64,000 bases of DNA from Rhodocyclaceae bacterium (lineage in GTDB: Bacteria; Pseudomonadota; Gammaproteobacteria; Burkholderiales; Rhodocyclaceae): positions 295,825 to 359,824 of the forward strand of contig JAYRYZ010000001.1 in the NCBI GenBank assembly GCA_041916775.1. Reading direction: 5' to 3'. This document shows, in pieces, positions 1 to 11,588 of this stretch; the first letter of the stretch is position 1, and the number at the start of each line of letters is the position of its first letter. Both the position numbers and the translations under genes were made by a program. Below the pieces are notes generated by a model. That model worked only from the letters and a program-made list of their open reading frames with translations. It made no database searches and was not told where the DNA came from.

Positions 1-480
1 GCGCTGTCGGTGGCGGGGTTCGAGGCGGGCGGGTTTCTGTTCGTCGGTTTCCTGCCGGTGAAGTCGGCCGCACGGCGCACGGCGCTTGCGGAACTGCGTT
101 CCCAGTCGGCGGCGCTGGTGTTCTACGAGTCTCCGCATCGCATCCTCGAGTGCGTGGACGACCTCGTCGCGGTGCTGGAGCCCGAGCGCACGCTGGTGGT
201 GGCGCGCGAACTCACTAAGCGCTTCGAGCAGGTCGCGAGCCTGCGTCTCGACGAGGCGCCCGCCTGGTTTGCGGCAGATGGCGACCGGACCCGCGGCGAG
301 TTCGTGCTGCTGGTATCCGGTGCGCCACCTCGGGAAGGACCGGACGCGGAGGCGGAGCGGGTGCTGCGCCTGCTGCTCGCGGAGATGCCCTTGAAGGGCG
401 CAGCCAGGCTCGCGTCCGAGATCACCGGTGTGTCGCGCAATGCGCTCTACGCACTGGGGTTGGCGCTCAAGGGGGATTGA
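1..480 (+). CDS. rsmI: 16S rRNA 2'-O-methyltransferase RsmI, C-terminal part (5' end outside window)
   Basis: ORF 10..480 open to window edge; C-terminal region ALVFYESPHRILECVDDL...TKRFEQV is RsmI-like; TGA stop 478-480. Confidence 0.75.
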   Translation, partial: ALSVAGFEAGGFLFVGFLPVKSAARRTALAELRSQSAALVFYESPHRILECVDDLVAVLEPERTLVVARELTKRFEQVASLRLDEAPAWFAADGDRTRGEFVLLVSGAPPREGPDAEAERVLRLLLAEMPLKGAARLASEITGVSRNALYALGLALKGD

Positions 481-539
481 GGCGGTGCCCTGCAAGCGGC
501 GCTATACTTGAGCCAGTTCATCCTTGAAGCGCCCTGAGC

Positions 540-1574
540 ATGCAGACGATTTCCCTGATCCGGCCCGACGACTGGCATCTCCATGTGCGCGACGGCGCAG
601 CCCTCGCGACCGTGGTGCCGCATACTGCCAGGCGCTTCGGCCGTGCGCTGATCATGCCCAACCTCAGGCCGCCGGTCACGACGGCTGCCGCAGCGCTTGC
701 TTACCGTGAGCGCATCCTCGCTGCGGTGCCGGTGGATTGCAGCTTCGATCCGCTGATGTCGCTCTACCTCACCGACAACATGCTGCCGGACGAGGTGGAC
801 CGCGCGGTGGGGAGCGGCCATGTCGTCGCGGCCAAGCTCTACCCCGCCGGCGCGACCACGAACTCGGATGCCGGGGTCACCGCGGTCGAGAAGATCTACC
901 CGGTGCTCGAGCGCATGCAGGCACGCGGGCTGGTTCTGTGTGTGCATGGCGAGGTCACTGGTGGAGACGTCGACATCTTCGATCGCGAAAAGATGTTCAT
1001 CGACACGGTGCTCACACCCTTGACTGCACGCTTTCCGGACCTGCGCATCGTGTTCGAGCACATCACGACCGCCGATGCAGCGGATTTCGTGCTCGCGTCC
1101 GGACCGAACATCGCCGCGACGATCACCGCGCACCACCTTCTCTACAACCGCAACGCGATCTTCACTGGCGGCATCAGGCCACACTATTACTGCCTGCCGG
1201 TGTTGAAGCGCGAGACTCACCGCAAGGCCCTGGTCGCGGCGGCGACATCCGGAAGCGGCAAGTTCTTCCTCGGCACCGACTCCGCGCCGCATGCCCGCGA
1301 CACTAAGGAGAACGCCTGTGGCTGCGCGGGTTGCTATACCGCGCACGCCGGCATCGAGCTGTATGCCGAAGCCTTCGAGATGGCCGGCGCGCTGGACCGA
1401 CTTGAAGCCTTTGCCAGCCTTAACGGCCCTGCGTTCTATCGGTTGGCGCCGAATGCCGACCGGATTACCTTGCTGCGCAATGCCTGGGAGGTTCCGGCCG
1501 CCTATGACTATCTCGAGGGCGAGTCGCTCGTGCCCCTGCGTGCGGGCGAGGCCCTCTCCTGGCAACTGGCCTGA
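540..1574 (+). CDS. pyrC: dihydroorotase (homodimeric type)
   Basis: 344 aa; [35 protein letters not shown] motifs align with E. coli PyrC along full length; ATG at 540. Confidence 0.9.
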   Translation: MQTISLIRPDDWHLHVRDGAALATVVPHTARRFGRALIMPNLRPPVTTAAAALAYRERILAAVPVDCSFDPLMSLYLTDNMLPDEVDRAVGSGHVVAAKLYPAGATTNSDAGVTAVEKIYPVLERMQARGLVLCVHGEVTGGDVDIFDREKMFIDTVLTPLTARFPDLRIVFEHITTADAADFVLASGPNIAATITAHHLLYNRNAIFTGGIRPHYYCLPVLKRETHRKALVAAATSGSGKFFLGTDSAPHARDTKENACGCAGCYTAHAGIELYAEAFEMAGALDRLEAFASLNGPAFYRLAPNADRITLLRNAWEVPAAYDYLEGESLVPLRAGEALSWQLA

Positions 1575-1585
1575 AGGAGGTTGCG

Positions 1586-2002
1586 ATGAAGGCAAACCGC
1601 GCGCTTCGGTTGGCGGTCATGTTCACACTGGCGCCGGTGCTGGTGGCGTGCGAGAACAGTGCCACCGCATTCATGGTGGATACCAACCAGCACGCGGTTG
1701 TCCTCGCGCGTGAACAGCCCTACTTCTGGAGCGACGAGGTCGAGCAGTACGTGGTCGTATCGCGGTTGCCGCATTGCCAGCGCAAGGTGCGCATCCATCC
1801 CGGCTCGGTGAACATGGCCGAGATGGAGGTCTACGAGGCGGGTGACCGATTGTGGGCTTTGCGCCAGGGGCAGCGCTGGTATCTGGCGAGTACCGAAGTC
1901 TGTCAGGTGCAGGACTGGAATAGCCCCGGTGGCCAGGGGGCACTGGTCGGCAGTTTCCGCATGCAAGACGGGGTGCCGACATTCGTTGCGGTGCAGCAGT
2001 AA
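1586..2002 (+). CDS. hypothetical lipoprotein (signal peptide + lipobox LVAC)
   Basis: 138 aa ORF; AAGGAGG RBS 8 nt upstream of ATG 1586; N-terminal MKANRALRLAVMFTLAPVLVAC lipoprotein signal. Confidence 0.65.
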   Translation: MKANRALRLAVMFTLAPVLVACENSATAFMVDTNQHAVVLAREQPYFWSDEVEQYVVVSRLPHCQRKVRIHPGSVNMAEMEVYEAGDRLWALRQGQRWYLASTEVCQVQDWNSPGGQGALVGSFRMQDGVPTFVAVQQ

Positions 2003-2010
2003 GGCGCAGG

Positions 2011-2016
2011 TATAAT
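2011..2016 (+). promoter_or_regulatory. TATAAT -10 box about 7 nt upstream of predicted rnpB 5' end
   Basis: perfect TATAAT at 2011-2016 immediately before rnpB P1 helix start; candidate -35 TTGCGG at 1986-1991 (long spacer). Confidence 0.4.
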
Positions 2017-2022
2017 CCGGGC

Positions 2023-2408
2023 GGGAAGTTCGTCAGGCAATCGCTGCGCAGTCTTTGTGCGTGGAGGAAAGTCCGGGCCCCGCAGGGCAGGATGCCGGCT
2101 AACGGCCGGGCGCCGTGAGGCGACGGAAAGTGCAACAGAAAGCAAACCGCCGATGGCCGCCGCAAGGCGGATCAGGTAAGGGTGAAACGGTGGGGTAAGA
2201 GCCCACCGCGGGTCTGGTAACAGCACCTGGCACGGCAAACCCCATCCGGGGCAAGGCCAAATAGGGGGGCAATGGCGTGGCCCGCGTTGCTCCCGGGTAG
2301 GCTGCTTGAGCGCCGTGGTAACACGGCGCCCAGAGGAATGATTGCCCGGCGCCTATGGCCGTAAGGCCGTTGGCGCTCGACAGAACCCGGCTTATCGGCG
2401 AACTTCCC
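2023..2408 (+). ncRNA. rnpB: RNase P RNA (bacterial type A), rnpB
   Basis: near-identity to E. coli M1 RNA universal blocks: GGAGGAAAGTCCGGGC, AGGGCAGG, AGGTAAGGGTGAAA, GGTAAGAGC-CACC, GGTAACAG, CAAGGCCAAATAGGGG, CCCGGGTAGGCTGCTTGAGC, ACAGAACCCGGCTTATCGG; P1 helix GGGAAGTTCG / CGAACTTCCC closes 2023-2408. Confidence 0.88.
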
Positions 2409-2606
2409 CAATTCTTCAGTTTCGGCAGCGCTTTCCGAGCGCTGTGCCACCTCGCTCCACTTTCCCCCACTTGGCGGGGATTTTCCTCGCTCCTCACGCT
2501 GCGCGACATCAATTCGCGCTATCTGCATTGATTTTTCAGGCTTTATTCATTTTCGCCAGTTTGCGATAAGTCATTGTGTCACAACGAAAAACCCTGGTTT
2601 GTCGGC

Positions 2607-2635
2607 TTGACCGGTGAGGGGCTTTGCACTAGAGT
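2607..2635 (+). promoter_or_regulatory. candidate Pmra promoter TTGACC-N17-TAGAGT
   Basis: TTGACC 2607-2612, 17-nt spacer, TAGAGT 2630-2635, about 70 nt upstream of mraZ ATG. Confidence 0.5.
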
Positions 2636-2669
2636 GGGAATAAGTGGATAAAAGTGGGTGAAAGTGTCG
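2634..2669 (+). promoter_or_regulatory. MraZ operator-like direct repeats (GTGGGA / GTGGAT / GTGGGT / GTGTCG at 10-bp phasing)
   Basis: GTGG(G/A)N hexamers at 2634, 2644, 2654, 2664 exactly 10 bp apart, directly downstream of the -10; MraZ is known to bind phased TGGGN repeats in Pmra. Confidence 0.55.
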
Positions 2670-2704
2670 TTCAGGCGCTTCGCCGGGTCGAATCAGGGGG
2701 GTCC

Positions 2705-3144
2705 ATGTTCCAGGGGGCTGCTGCGCTCAGTCTTGATGCCAAGGGTCGCATTGCGATTCCTGCGCGGCATCGGGATGCGCTCGTCCCTGACGGGGCGCCG
2801 CTGGTGATCACCGCTCATCCACACCGGTGTCTGCTTGTGTATCCGCAGGCTGCCTGGGCGCCGATCAGCGAAGAGATCGGGCGCATGCCGGGGCTGGATC
2901 AGCGCACCGCGACCCTGAAGCGTCTGCTCATCGGTTTTGCGCAGGTCGAGGAACTCGATTCGGCCGGCAGGGTGCTGGTGGCGCCATCGCTACGGCAATG
3001 GGCGAGTCTCGACAAGCAGCTTTGGCTGGTGGGGCAGGGGTCACATTTCGAGCTCTGGTCGGATGCCGGCTGGACGAAGCAGCAGGAAGCCATGCTGGCC
3101 CTGGATGGCGAGACGCTGCCTGCCGGTTTCGAGAGCCTCTCGCT

Positions 3145-3148
<4 letters not shown>
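2705..3148 (+). CDS. mraZ: transcriptional regulator MraZ
   Basis: [26 protein letters not shown] matches MraZ N-terminus; tandem DUF/MraZ repeats; ATGA overlap with rsmH. Confidence 0.9.
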
Positions 3149-4076
<928 letters not shown>

Positions 4077-4080
<4 letters not shown>

Positions 4081-4343
4081 TCCGCATTGACGCCTTCCTG
4101 TTGATGATCGTGGTTGCGAGCGCGCTCGGCGTGGTGGCTGCACAACATCAGTCGCGCAAGCTCTTTGTCGCGCTGGAGCGCGAGCAGGCGCGGGCAAAGG
4201 AGCTGGAAGTGGAGTGGGGGCAGTTGCAACTTGAGCAGAGCACCTGGGCGTCGCATGCCAGGATCGAGCGCATTGCCCGTGAGCGGCTGGGCCTGCAGGA
4301 GCCGAAACCGGGACAGGTCGTGGTCATCGAGGGGGTGCGATGA
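4077..4343 (+). CDS. ftsL: cell division protein FtsL
   Basis: 88 aa, single TM then coiled coil; position between rsmH and ftsI; ATGA overlaps both sides. Confidence 0.85.
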
Positions 4344-6184
4344 AAAAATCCGATACCGTCACCTTCAATCACAATCCATTGCTGGAGAAGGGGTTGCCGG
4401 CCTGGCGTCCGCGCTTCATCCTGATCGGATTGCTGGGGTGTTCGCTCGCGCTGGTGGGGCGTGCCGCCTACCTGCAGGGTTTCAACGACGAGTTCCTCCA
4501 GGCGAAGGGCGAGTCACGCTACGCCCGCGTGCTGGAAGTGCCCGCGACGCGTGGCCGCATCACCGATCGCCATGGCGACGTGATGGCGGTGAGCACACCG
4601 GTGCGGTCGATATGGGCCATTCCCGGTGACGCCAAGCTGTCGCCCTCCGATGCTCGACAGCTTGCCGGCTTGCTGGAGATGGATGTCGACGAGCTCAACC
4701 GTCGTCTCTCGGTGCAGGGTGATTTTGCTTACCTCAAGCGCCAGGTCTCGCCCGACGTGGCAAGCCGCATTGCGGCTCTCAAGTTGCCCGGCATTCACCA
4801 GCAGAACGAGTTCCGGCGCTTCTACCCGGGTGGTGAAGTCATGGCTCACGTGCTCGGCTTCACCGGCGTTGATGACAGCGGCCAGGAGGGGGTCGAGCTC
4901 GCGTTGGATGCACAGTTGAAAGGCGTTCCCGGATCGCGCCGCGTGATTCGCGACCGGCGCGGCCAGATCGTCGAGGAGGCGACCGCGATCCGCGATCCGA
5001 GGAACGGTGCCGATGTGGCCCTGGCGATGGATGCCAAGCTGCAGTACCTCGCCTACACCGCCTTGCAGCAGGCTATCGAGACGCACAAGGCGAAGGCCGG
5101 CGCGGTGGTGGTGCTGGATGCGCGTAGCGGCGAGGTACTTGCGCTGGTGAACGCGCCCACCTTCAACCCCAACAACCGTGCCAACCTCAGCGGTGCCCAG
5201 CTGCGCAACCGGGTCCTGACCGACATCTACGAGCCGGGCTCCACAATGAAGCCCTTCATCGCCGCCCTCGCGCTGGAGCGTGGCTTCGTCAAGCCCGAGA
5301 CGGTGATCAACACGGACCCGGGCAGGATCACCATCGGCCGGGCGACGATCTCGGACACGAAGCGTCATGGCCCGCTCACGGTCGCGCAGGTGATCCAGAA
5401 GTCGTCCAACGTCGGTACCGTGAAGATGGCGCAGTATTTCCCGGCAGAGGAGATGTGGAAGATGTTCCACGCGCTCGGCTTCGGCGCGCCGCTCAACCTC
5501 GGCTTTCCGGGCGAGGCGGCGGGCAAGCTGCGCGCGGCCAAGACTTGGAAGCCGATCGAGCAGGCGACGATGTCCTTCGGGCATGGCATCGCGACGAGCC
5601 TGATGCAGATGGCGCACGCCTACCTCGCGTTCGCCCGCGACGGTGAACTGCTGCCAGTGTCACTGACGCGCCTGGACAGTGTTCCGAGCGGTGGCAAGCG
5701 CGTGTTCTCGGTGGAGACCGCGCGCACCATGCGCGACATCCTGGAGATGGCGACCGGGCCGGGTGGCACCGCGCCAAAGGCTCAGGTGCCCGGCTACCGT
5801 GTCGCAGGCAAGACAGGTACAGCACACAAGCTCGAAGGTGGGCGCTACGCGAACAAGTACGTGTCTTCCTTCGTCGGCTTCGCGCCCGTATCCAATCCGC
5901 GCATCGTCGTGGCAGTCATGATCGACGAGCCGAGCGCAGGTGCGCACTACGGCGGCACGGTGGCTGCGCCGGTCTTCGCCCGCATTACCGAAGGCGCCCT
6001 GCGCGCGCTCGGGGTTGCGCCGGATGCGCCACTCGCCCCGCTGCATTTTGCCGGCGCGTCCAATGCGCCAGCTCAGGCCGGAACACCTGCCGCCAAGCCC
6101 GCGCCTGGCTCCAAGTCCGCGCTGAAGCCGGTGAGCGGTGCTGGTACGACCGTGCACCGCCCGGCTGCGAAGGAGAATCTGTGA
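4340..6184 (+). CDS. ftsI: peptidoglycan D,D-transpeptidase FtsI (PBP3)
   Basis: 614 aa; N-terminal TM, dimerisation domain, transpeptidase motifs STMK (SxxK), SSN, KTG(T) all present. Confidence 0.92.
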   Translation: MKKSDTVTFNHNPLLEKGLPAWRPRFILIGLLGCSLALVGRAAYLQGFNDEFLQAKGESRYARVLEVPATRGRITDRHGDVMAVSTPVRSIWAIPGDAKLSPSDARQLAGLLEMDVDELNRRLSVQGDFAYLKRQVSPDVASRIAALKLPGIHQQNEFRRFYPGGEVMAHVLGFTGVDDSGQEGVELALDAQLKGVPGSRRVIRDRRGQIVEEATAIRDPRNGADVALAMDAKLQYLAYTALQQAIETHKAKAGAVVVLDARSGEVLALVNAPTFNPNNRANLSGAQLRNRVLTDIYEPGSTMKPFIAALALERGFVKPETVINTDPGRITIGRATISDTKRHGPLTVAQVIQKSSNVGTVKMAQYFPAEEMWKMFHALGFGAPLNLGFPGEAAGKLRAAKTWKPIEQATMSFGHGIATSLMQMAHAYLAFARDGELLPVSLTRLDSVPSGGKRVFSVETARTMRDILEMATGPGGTAPKAQVPGYRVAGKTGTAHKLEGGRYANKYVSSFVGFAPVSNPRIVVAVMIDEPSAGAHYGGTVAAPVFARITEGALRALGVAPDAPLAPLHFAGASNAPAQAGTPAAKPAPGSKSALKPVSGAGTTVHRPAAKENL

Positions 6185-7689
6185 GCATTGTCGCAGCGAC
6201 CGAGGTGCTCGACCGACTGGCCGAGGCGGGTGTCCGTCCTACGGTCATTACGTCTGATTCGCGTGGAGTCGCGCCGGGGGACGTCTTCGCCGCTTGGCCG
6301 GGCCACGCCACGGATGGGCGGAAGTACATCGCGGCGGCGGTCGGTAGTGGCGCGGGTGCCGTCGTCTGGGAGTGCGGCGACGGCTTCGACCCCGGGGCGC
6401 TTGCTGTGCCATCCATTGCCGTACCCGGGCTGAGGCAGCTCGCAGGGCACCTCGGCAACCTCGTGTTCGGACGGCCGTCGGAATCGCTATGGATGGCGGG
6501 CGTCACAGGCACCAATGGAAAGACTACGGTCAGCCAATGGCTGGCGTTGGCGCTCGGGGAACTCGGCGCCCGCTGTGGCGTGATCGGCACACTCGGCAAT
6601 GGTTTTCCGGGCCTGCTGAGCGAGGCGGCGAACACCACGCCCGGCCCGCTCGAGCTGCACCGTTGCCTCGCCGGATTCGTGCGCGATGGTGCGGTCGCCG
6701 CGGCCATGGAGGTGTCGTCGATCGGCCTCGAACAGGGCCGGGTGAATGGCGTGGCCTTCGATGTGGCGATCTTCACCAACCTCTCGCGCGATCATCTGGA
6801 TTATCACAAGAGCATGGAGGCGTATGCCGCCGCGAAGGCGCTGCTGTTTACATTGCCTGGTGTCGCGCATGCAGTGCTGAACCTTGACGATGCCTACGGC
6901 CTGCGGCTTGCGCGAAGCCTGGTCGAGCGCGGCATGGACGTGATCGGCTACACCCGCAGCGAGGCGAACGCGGCCGCGCTCACCGGGGCAAGAATCCTCC
7001 TTGCGCAGGATGTGCGCATGATCGGCGCCGGCCTGCGCTTCAGCGTGGTATGGGGCGGCGAGAAGGCCGAACTACAGGCGCGCATGGTGGCGGCCTTCAA
7101 TGTTTCCAACCTGTTGGCGGTGCTTGCGGCCCTGCTCTCCAAGGGGGTACCGCTTGACGAGGCGGTGCGGGTCGCCTCCAAGCTGACGCCGCCTGCGGGA
7201 CGCATGCAGTTGGTCGGTGGTGTCGGCGAACCGCTGGTGATCGTGGACTATGCGCATTCACCCGATGCACTCGCCAAGGTGCTCGAGGCCGCGCGGCCGA
7301 CCGCAGATGCACGTGGCGGGCGACTCGTGTGCGTGTTCGGTTGTGGCGGCGACCGTGATCCAGGCAAGCGCCCGATGATGGGCGGGATTGCTGCGCAGCT
7401 CGCCGACCACGTGGTCGTTACCAGCGACAACCCGCGCACCGAGCAGCCTCGGGCGATCATCGAACAGATTCTGACAGGCATCGACAGGCCGATTGACGTC
7501 ATCGTCGAGCGCGCCCGCGCGATCGACGCCGCCGTGGCTCACGCGGGCGCGGACGACGTGATCGTACTCGCAGGCAAGGGGCACGAGCCCTATCAGGAGG
7601 TGATGGGACAGCGCCTTCCCTTCAGCGACGAGGACGAGGCGCGGCGGGCGCTCGCTGCCTGGCAGCGCGCCCAGGGGGGGGTCCGATGA
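6181..7689 (+). CDS. murE: UDP-N-acetylmuramoyl-L-alanyl-D-glutamate--2,6-diaminopimelate ligase
   Basis: 502 aa Mur ligase; [11 protein letters not shown]-loop; DNPR motif (meso-DAP specificity); GTG start overlapping ftsI stop. Confidence 0.9.
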   Translation: MSIVAATEVLDRLAEAGVRPTVITSDSRGVAPGDVFAAWPGHATDGRKYIAAAVGSGAGAVVWECGDGFDPGALAVPSIAVPGLRQLAGHLGNLVFGRPSESLWMAGVTGTNGKTTVSQWLALALGELGARCGVIGTLGNGFPGLLSEAANTTPGPLELHRCLAGFVRDGAVAAAMEVSSIGLEQGRVNGVAFDVAIFTNLSRDHLDYHKSMEAYAAAKALLFTLPGVAHAVLNLDDAYGLRLARSLVERGMDVIGYTRSEANAAALTGARILLAQDVRMIGAGLRFSVVWGGEKAELQARMVAAFNVSNLLAVLAALLSKGVPLDEAVRVASKLTPPAGRMQLVGGVGEPLVIVDYAHSPDALAKVLEAARPTADARGGRLVCVFGCGGDRDPGKRPMMGGIAAQLADHVVVTSDNPRTEQPRAIIEQILTGIDRPIDVIVERARAIDAAVAHAGADDVIVLAGKGHEPYQEVMGQRLPFSDEDEARRALAAWQRAQGGVR

Positions 7690-9116
7690 TGCGCGTGGAC
7701 GAGCTGCGCGCCGCCTTGGCCGTGCCGCCGGGCGACGATACGGGCGCCGGGGTCGTGTTCGACCGGGTCGAGACCGACAGCCGCACGCTTGCGCCAGGGG
7801 CGCTGTTCGTCGCATTGCGCGGCGACAACTTCGATGGCCACGATTTCGTCGCGGCAGCGGCAGAGCGCGGGGCGGCGGCGGCGCTCGTGGATCGCGCCTG
7901 GTTCATGGGGCAGTCGCGGGAGAGCCTGATGCTGCCCGTCGTGGCAGTGGACGATACGCGGATTGCGCTCGGACAACTCGCCGGGTGCTGGCGTGTGCGA
8001 TTCCGGATTCCACTGATCGGCGTAACGGGAAGCAACGGCAAGACCACGGTGAAGGAAATGTGCGCCGCGATCCTGCGCGCGCAGGCGGCCCGCGAGGGTG
8101 CCAGCGCCGAGGACGTGCTTGCCACCGGCGGCAACTTCAACAACGACATCGGTCTGCCGCTCACCCTGTGCAGGCTGCGTGCTCATCACCGCGCTGCGGT
8201 CATCGAGATGGGCATGAACCATCCGGGTGAGATCGCTTACCTGACGCACATTGCGAGGCCCACCGTGGCGGTGGTGAACAACGCCCAGCGTGCCCATCTC
8301 GAGGGCATGGGCTCCGTGCAACAGGTGGCGGAGGAGAAAGGAACGATCTACGCCGGGCTGGGTGACGACGGCATTGCGGTGATCAATGCCGACGATCCGC
8401 ACGCCGATTACTGGCGTGGATTGAACACCGGGCGGAACTGCGTGGTGTTCGGCATGCACGGTGACGCCGACGTGTGTGGTGACTTCCGCTCTCATGGTCT
8501 TGGCGGCGTGCTGGAGATCCGCACCGCCACCGAGTCGGTCGAGGTGTCGTTACGCGTTGCTGGCCAACACAATGCGGCCAACGCTCTCAACGCCGCAGCC
8601 TGCTGCCTCGCCGCGGGGGCGACGCTTGCGGACGTCAGCGCCGGGCTCGCCGGGTTCGAGGGTGTGAAGGGGCGCTTGCAGCGGGTGGCCGGACCGCACG
8701 GCGCGCTCATCCTCGACGATACCTACAACGCCAATCCGGACTCGGTGCGTGCCGGTATCGATGTGCTCGCCAGCACCCCCGGACATACCGTGCTGGTGCT
8801 CGGCGACATGGGCGAGGTGGGCGAGACCAGTGCCCAGGTGCATGACGAGATCGGTGGCTATGCGAAGAGCAAAGGCGTCGACGGCCTGTTCGCGCTGGGT
8901 GAGATGAGCACGGTGGCGGTGCGCAATTTCGGTGAGGGTGCGCATCACTTCAGGACGCCGGAGACGCTCGTCGCCGCGCTCGTGCGGCAGCTCGGCGCGG
9001 ACACGGTTGTGCTCGTCAAGGGTTCGCGCTTCATGCGCATGGAGCGTGTGGTGAATCTGCTTGCCGCAGTGCACAATAGCGCCCCTTCGATCAATGGGGG
9101 CTCCCATGCTGCTTGA
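7686..9116 (+). CDS. murF: UDP-N-acetylmuramoyl-tripeptide--D-alanyl-D-alanine ligase
   Basis: 476 aa Mur ligase; [11 protein letters not shown]-loop; dcw position. Confidence 0.9.
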   Translation: MMRVDELRAALAVPPGDDTGAGVVFDRVETDSRTLAPGALFVALRGDNFDGHDFVAAAAERGAAAALVDRAWFMGQSRESLMLPVVAVDDTRIALGQLAGCWRVRFRIPLIGVTGSNGKTTVKEMCAAILRAQAAREGASAEDVLATGGNFNNDIGLPLTLCRLRAHHRAAVIEMGMNHPGEIAYLTHIARPTVAVVNNAQRAHLEGMGSVQQVAEEKGTIYAGLGDDGIAVINADDPHADYWRGLNTGRNCVVFGMHGDADVCGDFRSHGLGGVLEIRTATESVEVSLRVAGQHNAANALNAAACCLAAGATLADVSAGLAGFEGVKGRLQRVAGPHGALILDDTYNANPDSVRAGIDVLASTPGHTVLVLGDMGEVGETSAQVHDEIGGYAKSKGVDGLFALGEMSTVAVRNFGEGAHHFRTPETLVAALVRQLGADTVVLVKGSRFMRMERVVNLLAAVHNSAPSINGGSHAA

Positions 9117-10194
9117 ACTTGCGCTCTGGCTCGGGCAGGACATCCGCGCATTCAACGTCTTCGGCTACATCACGCTGCGCACCGTGCTCGCAGCGATGAC
9201 CGCGTTGGTGATTTCGTTCGTCTTCGGTCCGCCGCTGATCCGTTGGCTGATCACCAAGAAGATCGGCCAGGCAGTGCGCGACGATGGCCCGAAATCGCAC
9301 CTCACCAAAGCCGGTACCCCGACGATGGGCGGCGCGCTGATCCTGATCGCAATCGCCGTGACGGTGCTGCTGTGGGGTGACCTGCGCAACCACTATGTCT
9401 GGGTGACCCTGTTGGTCACGCTCGGTTTCGGCGCAGTCGGTTGGGTGGACGACTGGAAGAAGGTGGTGCATCGCGATCCCAAGGGGCTGGCGAGCCGCTG
9501 GAAGTATCTGTGGACCTCGCTGATTGCGCTGGCGGCAGCGACCTTTCTCGCGGTCTCTGCAACCGAGCCGGCACAGACCGAGCTGATTGTGCCGTTCTTC
9601 AAGTCGATCACGGTGCAACTCGGGGTGCTCGGCTTCATCGCGCTCTCCTACTTCGTCATCAACGGCACCAGCCACTCGGTGAACCTCACCGATGGGCTGG
9701 ACGGGCTCGCGATCATGCCCACGGTGATGGTGGCCGGCGCGCTCGCGATCTTCGCTTACGTCGCGGGCCATGCAGGGTTCGCGAAGTATCTGGGGGTCCC
9801 CTACATCGCCGGCGCGGGCGAACTCGCCGTGCTGTGCGGCGCGATCTGCGGTGCCGGGCTGGGATTCCTGTGGTTCAACGCCTACCCGGCAGAGGTATTC
9901 ATGGGCGACGTGGGCGCGCTCGCGTTGGGTGCTGCGCTTGGTACCGTGGCGGTGATCGTGCGCCAGGAGATCGTGCTCTTCATCATGGGCGGTCTGTTCG
10001 TCGCCGAGGCGATGTCTGTGATGCTGCAAGTCACCTATTTCCGTGCCACCGGCGGCAAGCGCATCTTCCGCATGGCGCCGCTGCACCATCATTACGAGCT
10101 GGGCGGCTGGAAGGAGACCCAGGTCGTGGTGCGCTTCTGGATCATCACGCTGATGCTGGTCCTGTTCGGTCTCTCCACCCTCAAGTTGCGATGA
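9106..10194 (+). CDS. mraY: phospho-N-acetylmuramoyl-pentapeptide transferase
   Basis: 363 aa polytopic membrane protein; [11 protein letters not shown]-terminus, [13 protein letters not shown] and [15 protein letters not shown] motifs of MraY; start placed at ATG 9106 (6-frame ORF starts 9061). Confidence 0.9.
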   Translation: MLLELALWLGQDIRAFNVFGYITLRTVLAAMTALVISFVFGPPLIRWLITKKIGQAVRDDGPKSHLTKAGTPTMGGALILIAIAVTVLLWGDLRNHYVWVTLLVTLGFGAVGWVDDWKKVVHRDPKGLASRWKYLWTSLIALAAATFLAVSATEPAQTELIVPFFKSITVQLGVLGFIALSYFVINGTSHSVNLTDGLDGLAIMPTVMVAGALAIFAYVAGHAGFAKYLGVPYIAGAGELAVLCGAICGAGLGFLWFNAYPAEVFMGDVGALALGAALGTVAVIVRQEIVLFIMGGLFVAEAMSVMLQVTYFRATGGKRIFRMAPLHHHYELGGWKETQVVVRFWIITLMLVLFGLSTLKLR

Positions 10195-11588
10195 ACACGC
10201 TCGCCAACGTCTCCGTGCTGGTGCTGGGTCTGGGTGAATCCGGCCTTGCGATGGCGCGCTGGTGCGCGCGTAGCGGTGCGCGCGTGTGCGTGGCCGATAC
10301 CCGTGCCGACCCGCCCGGCCGCGAGCAACTCGTACTGCAGGCCGCCGGTGCGGAGTTGGTGCTCGGGCCGTTTGCGGAGGCCTTGCTCGATGGCGTCGAG
10401 CTGGTCGCGATCAGCCCCGGCATCGATCATGGCATTGCCCTGGTCGCGGCCGCGCGCGCGCGCGGCCTGCGCGTGGTGGGCGAGATGACCCTCTTCGGTG
10501 AGGCGCTGGTCACGCTGGGCGCACGCGCACAAACACGCGTGATCGCGATCACCGGCACCAACGGCAAGACCACCACCACCGCGCTCACCGCCGCGATGTG
10601 CCGTGCCTCGGGGCTGGATGCGGTCGCCGCCGGCAACATCAGCCCGGCCGCGCTGAGCGTGTTGGCCGACAGACTCGACGCAGGGCAGGTGCTGCCGCAA
10701 TGCTGGGTGCTCGAACTGTCCAGTTTCCAGCTGGAGACGCTGTCCGCACTGGAGATGGATGCCGCGACGGTGCTCAACGTCAGCGATGACCACCTCGACC
10801 GTCACGGTGACATGGCGAGCTATGCGGCGGTGAAGTCGCGCATCTTCACGGGTGACGGCGTGCAGGTGCTGAACCGTGACGATGCGCTGGTGATGGCGAT
10901 GGCAGGCAAGGGGCGCGACGTGCGTACCTTCGGGACCAATTCGCCAGCCGCGCGGGGCGCCTATGGGCTGATCGAAAAGGATGGCGAAACCTGGCTGGCC
11001 TGTGGCGACGAAGCGCTGATCGCCACTTCCGCGCTGCAACTCGTCGGGCGCCACAACCACAGCAACGCGCTCGCCGCACTCGCCCTGTGCGAGGCGATCG
11101 GCTGCAAGCGCCCCGCTCTGTTGCATGCGCTGCAGCACTTTCGTGGGCTCGCACATCGAGTCGAGCCCGTCGGCATGCGCGGCGATGACGTGACCTACTA
11201 CGATGATTCCAAGGGCACCAATGTCGGCGCCACCCTTGCCGCCATCGAGGGCTTGGGTCGCCCTGTGGTGCTGATTGCGGGCGGCGACGGCAAGGGGCAG
11301 GACTTCACCCCGTTGGCGGACGCCGTGGCAGCGCATGCACGCGCGGTGGTCCTGATCGGCCGTGATGCCGCCAGGATCGAAGCTGCGTTGGCGTCTGCCG
11401 GCGTGCCTCTGGTGCATGCGGCTGACATGGATGCGGCGGTGCAGGCGGCCAGCCAGCTCGCCGAGGCGGGCGACGGCGTGCTGCTCTCGCCAGCATGTGC
11501 GAGCCTGGACATGTTCCGTAATTACGCGCACCGCGCTGAAGTTTTCATCGCTGCGGTTCGCGCGCTGCCCGGAGTGACTGCCGCATGA
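10191..11588 (+). CDS. murD: UDP-N-acetylmuramoylalanine--D-glutamate ligase
   Basis: 466 aa; [18 protein letters not shown] Rossmann N-term then GTNGKTTT; ATGA overlap with mraY; listed 715-aa ORF is an upstream out-of-gene extension. Confidence 0.9.
   Translation: MNTLANVSVLVLGLGESGLAMARWCARSGARVCVADTRADPPGREQLVLQAAGAELVLGPFAEALLDGVELVAISPGIDHGIALVAAARARGLRVVGEMTLFGEALVTLGARAQTRVIAITGTNGKTTTTALTAAMCRASGLDAVAAGNISPAALSVLADRLDAGQVLPQCWVLELSSFQLETLSALEMDAATVLNVSDDHLDRHGDMASYAAVKSRIFTGDGVQVLNRDDALVMAMAGKGRDVRTFGTNSPAARGAYGLIEKDGETWLACGDEALIATSALQLVGRHNHSNALAALALCEAIGCKRPALLHALQHFRGLAHRVEPVGMRGDDVTYYDDSKGTNVGATLAAIEGLGRPVVLIAGGDGKGQDFTPLADAVAAHARAVVLIGRDAARIEAALASAGVPLVHAADMDAAVQAASQLAEAGDGVLLSPACASLDMFRNYAHRAEVFIAAVRALPGVTAA

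Noticed and set aside
1903-2528. Three minus-strand ORFs (111, 137, 118 aa) overlapping rnpB
   Set aside because: They lie wholly inside the RNase P RNA gene on the antisense strand; composition-driven open frames in structured GC-rich RNA.
9441-10190. 5' 250 codons of the 715-aa ORF containing murD
   Set aside because: Out-of-frame overlap with mraY. The real murD starts at the ATGA-coupled ATG 10191 with the canonical MurD N-terminus. The same logic applies to the 831-aa ORF 12798..15293 (only 13878..15293 is murC) and 2827..3144 ahead of rsmH.
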